From: a virus
IMG/VR virus record: IMGVR_UViG_3300044615_000294
Location: 27,342 to 91,341 of that record
DNA: 64,000 nt
Reading direction: 5' to 3' (one strand)
This document shows positions 18,014 through 28,100 of this stretch, piece after piece; positions within the stretch are counted from its first letter, which is position 1, and the number at the start of each line of letters is the position of its first letter. Position numbers and translations under genes: made by a program. Under the pieces are notes generated by a model. It was given only the letters and a program-made list of their open reading frames with translations. It made no database searches and was not told the DNA's origin.

Positions 18014-19264
18014 ATGGAAAAATACGTTCATATAGAATTACATGGTGAGAATCACCATAGTCATATTAGTGGATTCAATGTAAAAGTTATAGAAGCATTA
18101 GGAACAGATGTTCCGGATTTTGTAAATTCAAAAGGATATGTTCCTAAACAAGGAGACATGATATATTTATTACCTGGCGTAAATATTCCCCGGGTAAAAC
18201 TAAAAGATTTAGCTTTAAATCTTGGTATTAGAGTTGTCAGAGATCCAGAGAAAGCCAATATTATATTCAGTGGTAAGAGCAGTATGGGCAAGATGACAGG
18301 TTCTAGTTGGTATTATATTGCAGATGCAGAACTTATTCTTAATCGTGTTAAAGAAATTTGTGATGACGGGTATTATATTGAGAAATTAGAAACAGCTATT
18401 GAAGGATCAGGTGCTACTAAAATTTGTTCAGATTGGTCAGACATGAGAAATTGTTTAGCAAGTAATCATAGTCACTATGACAGTGGTTATATCTATGCTG
18501 TTGAAGAAGACCATGCAGATACATATAATGCAATGCAAGGTAAACCAATTTATAATGAGACAGAGTTAATTACTAATATCAATGGTGATGACTCTACTAT
18601 AATAGATGAAGAAGTTTTTCAGCAATTGAAAAATATGTTTGAGAGCTCAGACAGTGACAATCATATTTTAGCTATGGAGATTATGGCAAACTCTCATTAT
18701 GAGAAGAGTGTTCTTTATCTGCAAATGCTATTGAGCAATTATTGTTATCAGATCAGTAACTCTCATACTAAGAGTCATGTGAACTTTAAATCAATGCTTA
18801 GTTATTTTAATTGGATTCCAAGAAATATTGGTAACAGAAATGCAGAGAAGATTGTTGAGATCATTGATGAGAAAGGTTTACTTACTGTAGATATGATAAA
18901 GAGATTGTATAAAGAATATACTCATTCTATTCATGGGAATATTAATTATAGTGATGTATTTGAGGCTAAAGAGATTACTATCAAACAAGAGTATCTTGAT
19001 AAGCTTAATCTATCTTCTCTAAATTTAATTAATCCTGAGCCTGAAGAAAATCTTGAGGTCACAGATCCGGTGGATGAAATAGTTACAGATGAACTTATAG
19101 AAGCTGCATTAACTAATATTAACCGCAATGAACTCAAGTCAGAGTTAATAACTCTTGAAGAAGAAATATTAGCTGAAAAAGATTTGGCCACTTTTAAAGA
19201 AGAAGAATCAAATAACAATCAAATAGAAGAAACAAATGACGGGAATGACCTTGACTGGTTCTGA
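18014..19264 (+). CDS. Hypothetical protein with acidic C-terminus
   Basis: Start moved to ATG 18014 past the hairpin; possible BRCT-like segment; MFESSDSDN motif. Confidence 0.7.
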   Translation: MEKYVHIELHGENHHSHISGFNVKVIEALGTDVPDFVNSKGYVPKQGDMIYLLPGVNIPRVKLKDLALNLGIRVVRDPEKANIIFSGKSSMGKMTGSSWYYIADAELILNRVKEICDDGYYIEKLETAIEGSGATKICSDWSDMRNCLASNHSHYDSGYIYAVEEDHADTYNAMQGKPIYNETELITNINGDDSTIIDEEVFQQLKNMFESSDSDNHILAMEIMANSHYEKSVLYLQMLLSNYCYQISNSHTKSHVNFKSMLSYFNWIPRNIGNRNAEKIVEIIDEKGLLTVDMIKRLYKEYTHSIHGNINYSDVFEAKEITIKQEYLDKLNLSSLNLINPEPEENLEVTDPVDEIVTDELIEAALTNINRNELKSELITLEEEILAEKDLATFKEEESNNNQIEETNDGNDLDWF

Positions 19265-20255
19265 GGAACTAGAGAAGTTTTATAAAGAGAAGTTTTATTT
19301 CAGCTATAGTAGTCTGAGTAAACTTCTTTATTCTCCCGTGGCATTCTATAATCATTATGTGCTCAAGAAGAAAGAAGACATTGTGGGACCCCATCTGGTA
19401 GCAGGTAGGGTTCTGCACTGTCTCTTATTTGAAGAGGATAAGTATGATGATTATTTTACAAGCCTTCCGGGAAAACTACCAACTGATAGTCAGAAAAAAA
19501 TTATTGATAATATTTTCAAGATACACTTGTCAGTAGAAAATAATACATTATCTTTGGAAGACTATTCAGCAGATATACTCACAGAGCTACTCACAGCTAA
19601 TCTTTATCAGACACTCAAGACAGACCAACAGAGACTTGATAAAATACTCACAGAAGAAAACAAAAATTACTTTAAGTTCTTAAAAGAAAGTCAAGACAAA
19701 CTAGTAGTTGATGAACCTACTCTAAGTGGCTGTAGAGAAGGTGTTATGGTTCTAAAATCCAATCCGGAAATTAGACAGCTACTACAACTTGACAGGACAG
19801 AGGAAGATACTCATCTAGAAGTTTACAGTGAGTTGCTTGTAAATATAGATGTAGATTATCTACCTTATGGTTTTAAGGGAATTATAGATAATCTTGTGAT
19901 AGATAAAGAATCTAAGACAGTCTTTATTAATGACCTTAAGACAACGGGTAAATCTCTTTTAGAATTCCCGGACTCTGTGCAGTATTACAAGTATTGGTTA
20001 CAAGCCGTGGTATATGAGAAACTTGTGTTTCATAAATTTCTAAAAGACTTACCTGATCTGGATGAGTGGAAATTGTATTTTACATTTATTGTAATAGACA
20101 AGTACAACCAAGCTTATCCATTCCAAGTCTCAGGAGAGACAATGGCCATATGGCAACAAGACTTTGATGACATAATGGATATGGCAAAGTATCATTATGA
20201 AAGCAAAGACTTTACACTGCCATATGATTTAATTATGGGTAATGTAAAATTGTAG
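19236..20255 (+). CDS. PD-(D/E)XK exonuclease (RecB/Cas4-like)
   Basis: FSYSSL, G..LHC, KGIIDNL, INDLKTT, YWLQAVVY. Confidence 0.8.
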   Translation: MTGMTLTGSEELEKFYKEKFYFSYSSLSKLLYSPVAFYNHYVLKKKEDIVGPHLVAGRVLHCLLFEEDKYDDYFTSLPGKLPTDSQKKIIDNIFKIHLSVENNTLSLEDYSADILTELLTANLYQTLKTDQQRLDKILTEENKNYFKFLKESQDKLVVDEPTLSGCREGVMVLKSNPEIRQLLQLDRTEEDTHLEVYSELLVNIDVDYLPYGFKGIIDNLVIDKESKTVFINDLKTTGKSLLEFPDSVQYYKYWLQAVVYEKLVFHKFLKDLPDLDEWKLYFTFIVIDKYNQAYPFQVSGETMAIWQQDFDDIMDMAKYHYESKDFTLPYDLIMGNVKL

Positions 20256-20260
20256 AAATT

Positions 20261-20827
20261 ATGGTAATTAATGCACTGTATAGTAAATACTTTCAAAAGT
20301 CCAAGATATTCTTATATCCGCTCTTGGGCATTAAAAGGGGGACAAGTGTAACTCCAGATGAGACTTATCTCAGTTGGAATGAAAAATATTCTCCCGAGGA
20401 TATGAAGTTGGTGTGTGTTTATAAAACAAGAACAGATTCAGAGTATATAAACTTTGAAGCTAATGTTTTACTTAAGCACAACAGATTATATGATTATGTG
20501 AAAGTTAATGAGTCAAGCAGTGTATTTATATTTGATTTTTCAGATCTTAAAAATGATTGGGATTATTTCTCTAGCGGAAAATATAGTAAGCTAGACAATA
20601 AGATCAAAAACAAAATCTTAGATTTCTTTGAGAAGAACAGCGGTAATTATGTTTATGTCCACAGCTTTTTGTATCCAAATAAATGGTATCAAAGATATGC
20701 TGAGTTATTAAATGTAAGTAAAGATCTGCTAGAAGAAGTTGGTGAGTTGTGTGATATACCAGATTTAGATAAAGAAAATTTACTAATTATGGTTGCAGAT
20801 TTGGAAAATATAAGAATTCTAGAGTAA
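20261..20827 (+). CDS. Hypothetical protein
   Basis: 188-aa ORF; KSKIFLYPLL and GKYSKL motifs. Confidence 0.7.
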   Translation: MVINALYSKYFQKSKIFLYPLLGIKRGTSVTPDETYLSWNEKYSPEDMKLVCVYKTRTDSEYINFEANVLLKHNRLYDYVKVNESSSVFIFDFSDLKNDWDYFSSGKYSKLDNKIKNKILDFFEKNSGNYVYVHSFLYPNKWYQRYAELLNVSKDLLEEVGELCDIPDLDKENLLIMVADLENIRILE

Positions 20828-20832
20828 ATTTG
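20800..20832 (+). promoter_or_regulatory. Bacteroidota sigma70-type promoter
   Basis: TTTG (20800-20803), 21-nt spacer, TAAATTTG (20825-20832) matches the -33/-7 consensus; gene starts at 20855. Confidence 0.6.
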
Positions 20833-20854
20833 TAATAATTAAAAAACCAAAAAA

Positions 20855-21217
20855 ATGAGTGAAAAATCAATGATGCTAGTTCAATCAAGCTGGCAAGAAA
20901 ACCAAACCTTTAGACTTATCCCTATCACGGATAATTGTCCTTATGTAGAATGTATCTTTGATCCAGGTACAAAAGTATTTGTTATTATCTCTAAAACTAC
21001 AAAGCAGAGTTTACACATGCTTCCTAAGTTAGATGATTACGGACAAGTAATTACTGGTTCAAAAGGAACTAAACAAGACAGACATAAGATTGAAGTATTT
21101 CAGGAGTTCTATATTGAGAATGCTGAAGCTATCACAGAGATAGTAGAGCATTTTGCAATTAACGCCAAGAAATTTAACTACAAGTCTTTCATGGCTGAAG
21201 AAACAAAATCTAAGTAA
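20855..21217 (+). CDS. Hypothetical protein
   Basis: 120-aa ORF with A-rich leader. Confidence 0.75.
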   Translation: MSEKSMMLVQSSWQENQTFRLIPITDNCPYVECIFDPGTKVFVIISKTTKQSLHMLPKLDDYGQVITGSKGTKQDRHKIEVFQEFYIENAEAITEIVEHFAINAKKFNYKSFMAEETKSK

Positions 21218-21228
21218 TTTAGGTCACG

Positions 21229-21258
21229 ATGGGGTGGCTTAGGTTGCCCCATTTTTTT
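21229..21258 (+). terminator. Rho-independent terminator
   Basis: ATGGGGTGGC-ttag-GTTGCCCCAT followed by T run. Confidence 0.8.
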
Positions 21259-21289
21259 ATACACGGGGAAACAGCTTAACTGAATTATT

Positions 21290-23188
21290 ATGAGGCAACA
21301 CTATGTAATGGACTATGAAACTTTATGCTCTTGTTTCATAGCAGTCTTTGAAGGAGTAAAATCTGAAGAGCCAATAATCTTTACTATTCACGAAAGCAAA
21401 AATGAGATTCTAGAACTGGTAACTTTTCTAGAAAGGAACATTGCATATGATGAATGGCATGTAAGTTTTAATGGTATTGGATTTGATAGCCAAATAACTG
21501 AACACATCTTAAGAAATAAAGAGCAGCTTCTTGAGCAATCTGGTGATACTATTGCTAGATTCATCTATAGAAAAGCACAAGATGTAATTAATAGAAGTAA
21601 CAATGGTGAGTTCCAGGAGTATTCTCCCAGGGACCTAAGCATCAGACAACTTGATGTATTTAAACTAAACCATTGGGACAACAATGCAAAAAGATCTAGC
21701 TTAAAGTGGATACAGTATACTATGGACTGGCACAACATTATTGATATGCCCATTCATCATACTACTGAAGTTACTACAGAACAAATACCTGAGATAATCA
21801 GATACTGTATTAATGATGTTAAGTCTACTAAGCAGATCATGTTTCTGTGTAAAGATCAAATAGATCTGCGGAGACAACTAACAGATGAGTATGGAATAGA
21901 TCTATACTCAGCATCTGAACCAAGAATATCTAAAGAGTTGTTTTTATTGTTCCTTAGTAAGCAAACTGGAATCAAGAAATATGAGCTCAGACAGATGAGA
22001 ACTAATAGGTTAAAGATCACAGTCCGTGATATTATACTACCTTATATAGAATTTAAGACAGCTACTTTTCAAAATCTTTTGAAGAAGTTTCAGGATGTGG
22101 TTATATATCCAGGTGAAACTAAAGGTGGTTTTAAATATTCTGTAAGGTATAAAGGTGTACAGACAGACTTTGGTCTTGGTGGTGTTCATGGTGCACGCTC
22201 TACTAAAGTATATGAGGCTAATCAGGAGATGATAATAATGACGTCTGACGTTACTAGTTTCTATCCCAATCTAGCTATTAGAAATAAGTGGGCTCCTGCA
22301 CATTTACCTAAAGAAGAATTTTGTAATCTGTATGAATGGTTCTTTGAGGAAAGGAAAAAGATTCCTAAGAAAGACCCGAAGAATTATGTGTACAAGATTA
22401 TCTTGAACTCTACCTATGGTTTATCTAATGATGAGAACAGTTTCTTGTATGACCCAGAGTTTACTATGAGAATCACTATTAATGGTCAGCTTAGTCTTAC
22501 TATGTTGTATGAGATGATCTGTGAAGAGATTCCTAATGCACTTCCACTTATGCAAAACACAGATGGTTTGGAGACAATGATCCCTAAACATTATGAAGAT
22601 AAGTATATGGAAATCTGCAGAAGGTGGGAGAAGCTAACCAATCTACAGCTGGAGCATGATAAGTATTCTAAGATTATCCTAGGTGATGTGAATAATTACA
22701 TTGCTATTACAGAAGATGCTAAATCTAAATGTAAGGGTAGGTTTGAGTTTGCTAATCTTGCTATGCATAAGAACAAGAGTTTTCTTGTTATTCCTAAAGC
22801 AATACATGCTTATTTTGTAGATGGTATCAAGCCTGAAGACTTTATTAAATCTAACACAAATATATTTGACTTCTGTGGTGGTGTAAAAATCAAGGGAGAC
22901 TGGAATTTTTATGAGCACAAGGTGGTTAGTGGAGAGTATTTAATTGAAAAAGTACAACATACTATCAGATATTTTATATCTAACACAGGTAGTAAGGTGA
23001 TTAAGAAGAACAATACTGACAACAGAGAAATACAAATTGAGGCTGGCAAATGGTTACAGACTCTGATGATAGACTATAAGGATAAACCTTTTAGTGAATA
23101 TGATATTAATTATGATTATTATTTGGACAAGATCAATAAGGAGATCCGTGATCTTGAACCTATTGTAACACAACTTAGTTTATTTTAA
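21290..23188 (+). CDS. Family B DNA polymerase
   Basis: Exo DYE, FN..GFD, YC.NDV; pol DVTSFYPN, KIILNSTYG, NTDG; C-terminal QLSLF. Confidence 0.92.
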   Translation: MRQHYVMDYETLCSCFIAVFEGVKSEEPIIFTIHESKNEILELVTFLERNIAYDEWHVSFNGIGFDSQITEHILRNKEQLLEQSGDTIARFIYRKAQDVINRSNNGEFQEYSPRDLSIRQLDVFKLNHWDNNAKRSSLKWIQYTMDWHNIIDMPIHHTTEVTTEQIPEIIRYCINDVKSTKQIMFLCKDQIDLRRQLTDEYGIDLYSASEPRISKELFLLFLSKQTGIKKYELRQMRTNRLKITVRDIILPYIEFKTATFQNLLKKFQDVVIYPGETKGGFKYSVRYKGVQTDFGLGGVHGARSTKVYEANQEMIIMTSDVTSFYPNLAIRNKWAPAHLPKEEFCNLYEWFFEERKKIPKKDPKNYVYKIILNSTYGLSNDENSFLYDPEFTMRITINGQLSLTMLYEMICEEIPNALPLMQNTDGLETMIPKHYEDKYMEICRRWEKLTNLQLEHDKYSKIILGDVNNYIAITEDAKSKCKGRFEFANLAMHKNKSFLVIPKAIHAYFVDGIKPEDFIKSNTNIFDFCGGVKIKGDWNFYEHKVVSGEYLIEKVQHTIRYFISNTGSKVIKKNNTDNREIQIEAGKWLQTLMIDYKDKPFSEYDINYDYYLDKINKEIRDLEPIVTQLSLF

Positions 23189-23190
23189 TT

Positions 23191-24426
23191 ATGCCAAAGA
23201 AAATTGCTGAATGTACAAAGGCGCACTTAGTTAGTGTGCCTTTACCAAACCATGGTGCTACTTATACTGTAATTAGTCACCAATCTGTAATGGATTATGT
23301 ATATACTGAGCTTGCTGCTGCAGGCTTTGGAGTTGTTAGTGAAGAGTACAGATGTACTGCTGATGGACAAATTGCTCATGGGATTTACAAGTTGAATTTC
23401 AACAATGACCCTGAGCTATCAATGATGTTTGCATGGACAAACAGTTATAACAAACAAGTAAGATTTAAGTGTGGTGTGGGTGGTTATATCAACCTAACAG
23501 GTACTACTATGGTATGTGGGGATATGGGAAGCTGGGCCAGAAAACATACTGGTACTGCGGATGAAGAGACAGTTAAAACCATACAAGAGCAAATAGCTAA
23601 TGCACACATGTATTATAATCAGCTATGTTCTGACAAAGAATCTATGAAAGGTATTACTCTAAACAAGAGAAAACAAGCTCAGCTACTAGGTATCCTATTT
23701 GCGGAGTATCAGATTCTTACTACAGAGCAGGCTAGTATTGTAAGACAACAAATGGATAGACCAAGTCATGTTTATGCTGATAGTAATAGCTTATGGGCAT
23801 TCTATAACTATGTGACTATTGCATTACAGCATTCACATCCTAAGACTTGGATGGAAGACCAACGTGTCTTGCATTATTTTATTTCTACCGTAAATAATTT
23901 TCAGCAGTGCAGTGCACCTGCACAGGTAGTTCCTGTAGTTGCACCTCAAGAGGAAGAAGTTATTGAAGCTACAGAAGCTTTTACTGACCCTAATCAGATA
24001 ACAATCTTTGATGTTATAGCTGAAGAAGAGGCAAAAGAAGCTGAGGCAACTCAAATAACTTATACTGACCCTGCTGGTAATACTTTTGAATCAATAGATT
24101 TTCACAATGAAGTTGTTAATAACTACACTGAAGATCCAGAAGATGAAGAAGATTTAAATGATTGGATGAATCTACCACTAGAATCAGATGATGCAGATAA
24201 TGCACCTATGTATATTCCAGATGAGAATCAAGAGTATACAGGTGAGAATGCTTCTCATATGAGTTTGGAAGTTTCTCCTGAAGAAAGAGATAAAGCAGAA
24301 CTGGATATTATAAATGCTGAAGAAGCTAAAGAATATCAAGAAGATGCAGTAAGAGCTGCTAACTTTGATGATTTAATTTTTAACATTAATGATGAAGAAG
24401 ATGATGATACATCTGACTTCTTCTAA
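23191..24426 (+). CDS. DUF932-like protein with long acidic tail
   Basis: TY.VISH, NSYNKQ, RKHTG, SLWAFYNYVT; about 165 aa D/E-rich C-terminus. Confidence 0.6.
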   Translation: MPKKIAECTKAHLVSVPLPNHGATYTVISHQSVMDYVYTELAAAGFGVVSEEYRCTADGQIAHGIYKLNFNNDPELSMMFAWTNSYNKQVRFKCGVGGYINLTGTTMVCGDMGSWARKHTGTADEETVKTIQEQIANAHMYYNQLCSDKESMKGITLNKRKQAQLLGILFAEYQILTTEQASIVRQQMDRPSHVYADSNSLWAFYNYVTIALQHSHPKTWMEDQRVLHYFISTVNNFQQCSAPAQVVPVVAPQEEEVIEATEAFTDPNQITIFDVIAEEEAKEAEATQITYTDPAGNTFESIDFHNEVVNNYTEDPEDEEDLNDWMNLPLESDDADNAPMYIPDENQEYTGENASHMSLEVSPEERDKAELDIINAEEAKEYQEDAVRAANFDDLIFNINDEEDDDTSDFF

Positions 24427-24464
24427 AGATACCTGTATGGGTAAATAAACAACAACGAAAAGAT

Positions 24465-24501
24465 GGGGGAATGGCTTAGGCTGTTCCCCTATTTTTTTTT
24501 T
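24465..24501 (+). terminator. Rho-independent terminator
   Basis: GGGGAATGGC-ttag-GCTGTTCCCC followed by long T run. Confidence 0.8.
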
Positions 24502-24512
24502 AATTTTACAAC

Positions 24513-24923
24513 ATGAAAGAACAATTAAAAGCAGTGGCAGAGTTCCACAAAGCATTCAAACAAAAAGATGGTAAGTGGCCACAACCACTTGAGCAGAGTG
24601 AGTATGTATTAAGACATGCTCTAATGAAAGAGGAAAATGATGAATACCTAGAAGCCTGTGAGAAGAACTCTCTTGTAGAAATAGCAGATGCTCTTGGGGA
24701 TCAGTTATATATTCTCTGCGGTACTATTCTAAAACATGGTATGCAAGATGTAATAATAGATGTATTTAATGAGATACAAGCTAGTAACATGAGTAAATTA
24801 GGTGATGATGGTAAGCCTGTGCTTAGAGAAGATGGAAAAATACTTAAGGGTCCTGGTTATTTCAGACCAAATCTTAGTAAATTTATAAACCAATCATATG
24901 AAAAAAAAGAAAATGAAAATTGA
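24513..24923 (+). CDS. MazG-like / all-alpha NTP pyrophosphohydrolase
   Basis: EE..EY, EIADALGDQLY, EIQASNMSKL, REDGKILKGP. Confidence 0.85.
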   Translation: MKEQLKAVAEFHKAFKQKDGKWPQPLEQSEYVLRHALMKEENDEYLEACEKNSLVEIADALGDQLYILCGTILKHGMQDVIIDVFNEIQASNMSKLGDDGKPVLREDGKILKGPGYFRPNLSKFINQSYEKKENEN

Positions 24924-25089
24924 ATTTAATGGTCAGGAGCTATATATCAACTTTGTATCAGAAGATAGTAGCTATGTTCTTGTAAGCAAAGACAAAGAAG
25001 GTACACTTGGTAAGTTTAAACTTGATACAAGTGAACTTGTAGGAGTTGATGTAAGTAAACTTAAAAAAGTTAAAAAGGGGAAGAGATAA
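24898..25089 (+). CDS. Small hypothetical protein
   Basis: 63-aa ORF (alternative start 24913). Confidence 0.55.
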   Translation: MKKKKMKIEFNGQELYINFVSEDSSYVLVSKDKEGTLGKFKLDTSELVGVDVSKLKKVKKGKR

Positions 25090-25107
25090 TCTTCCCCTTA
25101 TTTTTTT
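25072..25107. terminator. Bidirectional terminator between convergent gene blocks
   Basis: AAGGGGAAGA-gataa-TCTTCCCCTT flanked by an A run and a T run. Confidence 0.8.
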
Positions 25108-28100
25108 ACTTTAAATTTTCAAACATTTGGTATTTCTTAATAGCCCAAATAGCACCTTCATCAAAGTTTTCTTGACCTTCAATACCAAGATCTATTACAT
25201 TTTTACCTTTAAGACCATACATTGAACCAAGGTGATTCCAAAGCTTGTATTGTCCTTGTCTTTGCCACTTATATGGTCCAACATCTTGGCTATATCTTGC
25301 TTCTCCCTCATTACCCGCTCCAATATTATAAAGATCTTGACCTATCTTAGTGTACAATACAACTGTATTATCTAATGCTATTGTCGTTGTTTTAAAATAT
25401 TTTGTTCCTTGCTCTGGAAGATAGACAGGTATAAAAGATTCATTTTCCATTTTAGTCATTATCAAAAGATAAAGTAAATGATTCTCAAGTTGACCTTGTG
25501 TTGTAGTTGCTCTTGCTTTTAATTTTTTCCACTTATCTTCATCATCTGGATCATAACCAAAATACCATGAACCAATAATCATTGCTAATAAGAAGTATCC
25601 AACATTTTCAATAATTACTTTTTTGGCTGCAGCTTTTTCATCTTCAGTCATTATTGCGGTATCTTTACCTACTGATCTAATGAGTCTTAATGCATTTTGC
25701 ATAGTATTCATGTAATAACCTTTATCTAAAGTATTAGTGTCCCAGTTATATACATACCCACCTAGATTACCTTTATCAGTATCTATTTGGTATTTATCAA
25801 GAAACATTCCTGTAGCAAATCTTTTATAAAAAGTAAATGCGCGGTACCCTAAATATTTTTCAGCTTGTGGTGTATCAAATACATCCATTAAACCTGTTGT
25901 CTTTTTCTGTGCAGATTGTAATAAGAATTTCATATTTAAAAATCCTTCCATGTTACCCACAGTGATTTTATCTCCAGGCTCAAGTTTTGATATATCAGTT
26001 ATACCACTTCTTTTTTTAACTTGTTCAGCTGTTATATTATATCTTTTAGCAATGCTTTCAAAAGTATCTCCTCTCTTATACTCATGCTCTACTTTTTTAT
26101 AGTCATACATTGGATCAATACCATCTTTTAATTTTAAAATTCCTCTATCATCTGTTTCCCATGCATCAGCATAAGCTATATCTTCAGAAGAACCAGCTTG
26201 TGGAATGTATTTGTTATACATCATGCCCCAGAACATCTCTAGAGCAGCCTCAAGTTCCATTGTTCTTCTAAAGTCATAAGCATATGTTAAATCTGCTAAG
26301 TCTTTTAGTTTTGATCTTGATGATGATTTACCAAAGTTTTTACCAAACATTGCTGTAGGATCCATCCTTTCTACTAACTGTATGTCAGCTGATTTAATTC
26401 CTTGCTCATATACATCTTTAAATACCCAGAACATTGCAGATTGTTTGGCTTTTGCATACCCCTTTGCTAATGACATTGGTGTAACATTTTTACCACCTGC
26501 TGCATATATAGCATTTTGATAAAGCATCCCCCAACGGTTTTTAATAGCTGACTGTGGATCAAATGCAATAAATGCTCTTGAAGATCTTCTAAATAATCCT
26601 TGAATAATTTTAGTTAACCATGCATTTTCTTCATCAAATGTTCCAGTAGTTTTACCATAAAAGATTTTTTTAACTTGATGTTTTACTGCACCTAATCTTC
26701 TATTATCATCTTTAGATAAGAACTTCCTTTTACGTGTTCTTTGAAATTCTTGTTGATCAATATTTGTTAAATCTTTAATACCATTTTGAGAAAGGACACT
26801 TTCCAAAGCTTTAGCAATTGGTTCATTTTCCAATAATACTTTTTGTTCTTCTAAGGATAAAAGATAATCATACATCCCCCGTAATACATCTTTAGAAACA
26901 CGTTTTTGATCTAAATTGTATAAGCCTCTAATTCTAACTTTATTAACTGGTCTTCCATCTAAGTCTGTTGGAACCAAATTAAAATTAACATCATGATTAA
27001 ATCCAAACTCTGCATCATCTACATCTTTACCAAACCATGTTTTCCATAAACCTTTAAATCCACCAACTCTATCTATCAAATTTTCTTTAGCTTCTCCAGA
27101 CGCAACATATTCTAAATTACCTCTTTTTCTAAACCTTGGCATTTCTAAGTACAATCTACTTGAAACAGGTTTATTTTTTTGAATTTGAATCATAGATTCA
27201 GTTATAGCATTTAATAAATCAAATTCTGGCCCACCAGCATTTTTCATTTCTTCATATTCTTCATTTTGATATTTTTTATCAAATGCTGAATTTGGATCAC
27301 CAATATTATACTCTCTAGGTAAATAGTTACCTTTATTATCTACAATAGTACCTACATAATTATCCCAACTTTCACCTCTTGGTATTGTTAAAAATTCACT
27401 TTTTATTCTACTCTTAGTATATTTACCAGCTGGTCTTCCTATAATTTTTCTTTCTGTCTTAGTTAAAGGGTCAATGATTTCTGTTACAACATAATGATCA
27501 GGATTGTTTGGAATCTTCATTGTCCAGGCTGCAATTCTAAAGTTTTTAATTACATTCCTATTTAAGTCCACATCATATACTTCCTTTTGATAATGATTTC
27601 TACCATACCATTTTGCAAACTCTGGATTTTCTAAAGCTTTAACTAAATTTTCTCCATTTATCCATTTATCTGCATTATCTGTAGTCATTTCAGGAAGTTC
27701 CATATCTCTTATAGCATAATTAAATGCTTCAAGATAATAGTCTGTTGGAATTTTACTTTCAAGTTCTCTTAATTCTGCAAATCTTGATTTAAGTGCTGCT
27801 AATTCTGCAGGAGTTAAACCCATCTCATTTTTAATAGAAAGGATTTCTGCATAATCTTTTCTTTCTTCTGGAGTTAATTGAGTTCCAGCAGCGGCTTTTG
27901 CAATATAAGAGTCATATCTAGATGTTTGATCTTTTGTTAATCCAGTTTTTCTATCAAACTGTTCTTCCAATCTTACTATTTCATCTTCTATTTTCTTTAA
28001 AAGATTAATTTGTTCAGGAGAAAGGTTTAATCCATTAGGTTGCCCGTTAGCATCTGATGTAGAGGTAGATAAATTAAATCTAGTTTTATAAAGTTCAGCT

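Noticed and set aside
2293-20858. Identical 22-bp AATTAAAAAACCAAAAAAATGA at 2293-2314 and 20837-20858
   Set aside because: Low-complexity A-rich translation-initiation region typical of Bacteroidota; not enough to call a mobile or regulatory repeat
1100-24555. Short minus-strand or alternate-frame ORFs inside + strand genes (e.g. 1100-1375, 8590-8790, 18946-19218)
   Set aside because: Fully overlap well-supported genes; no independent evidence
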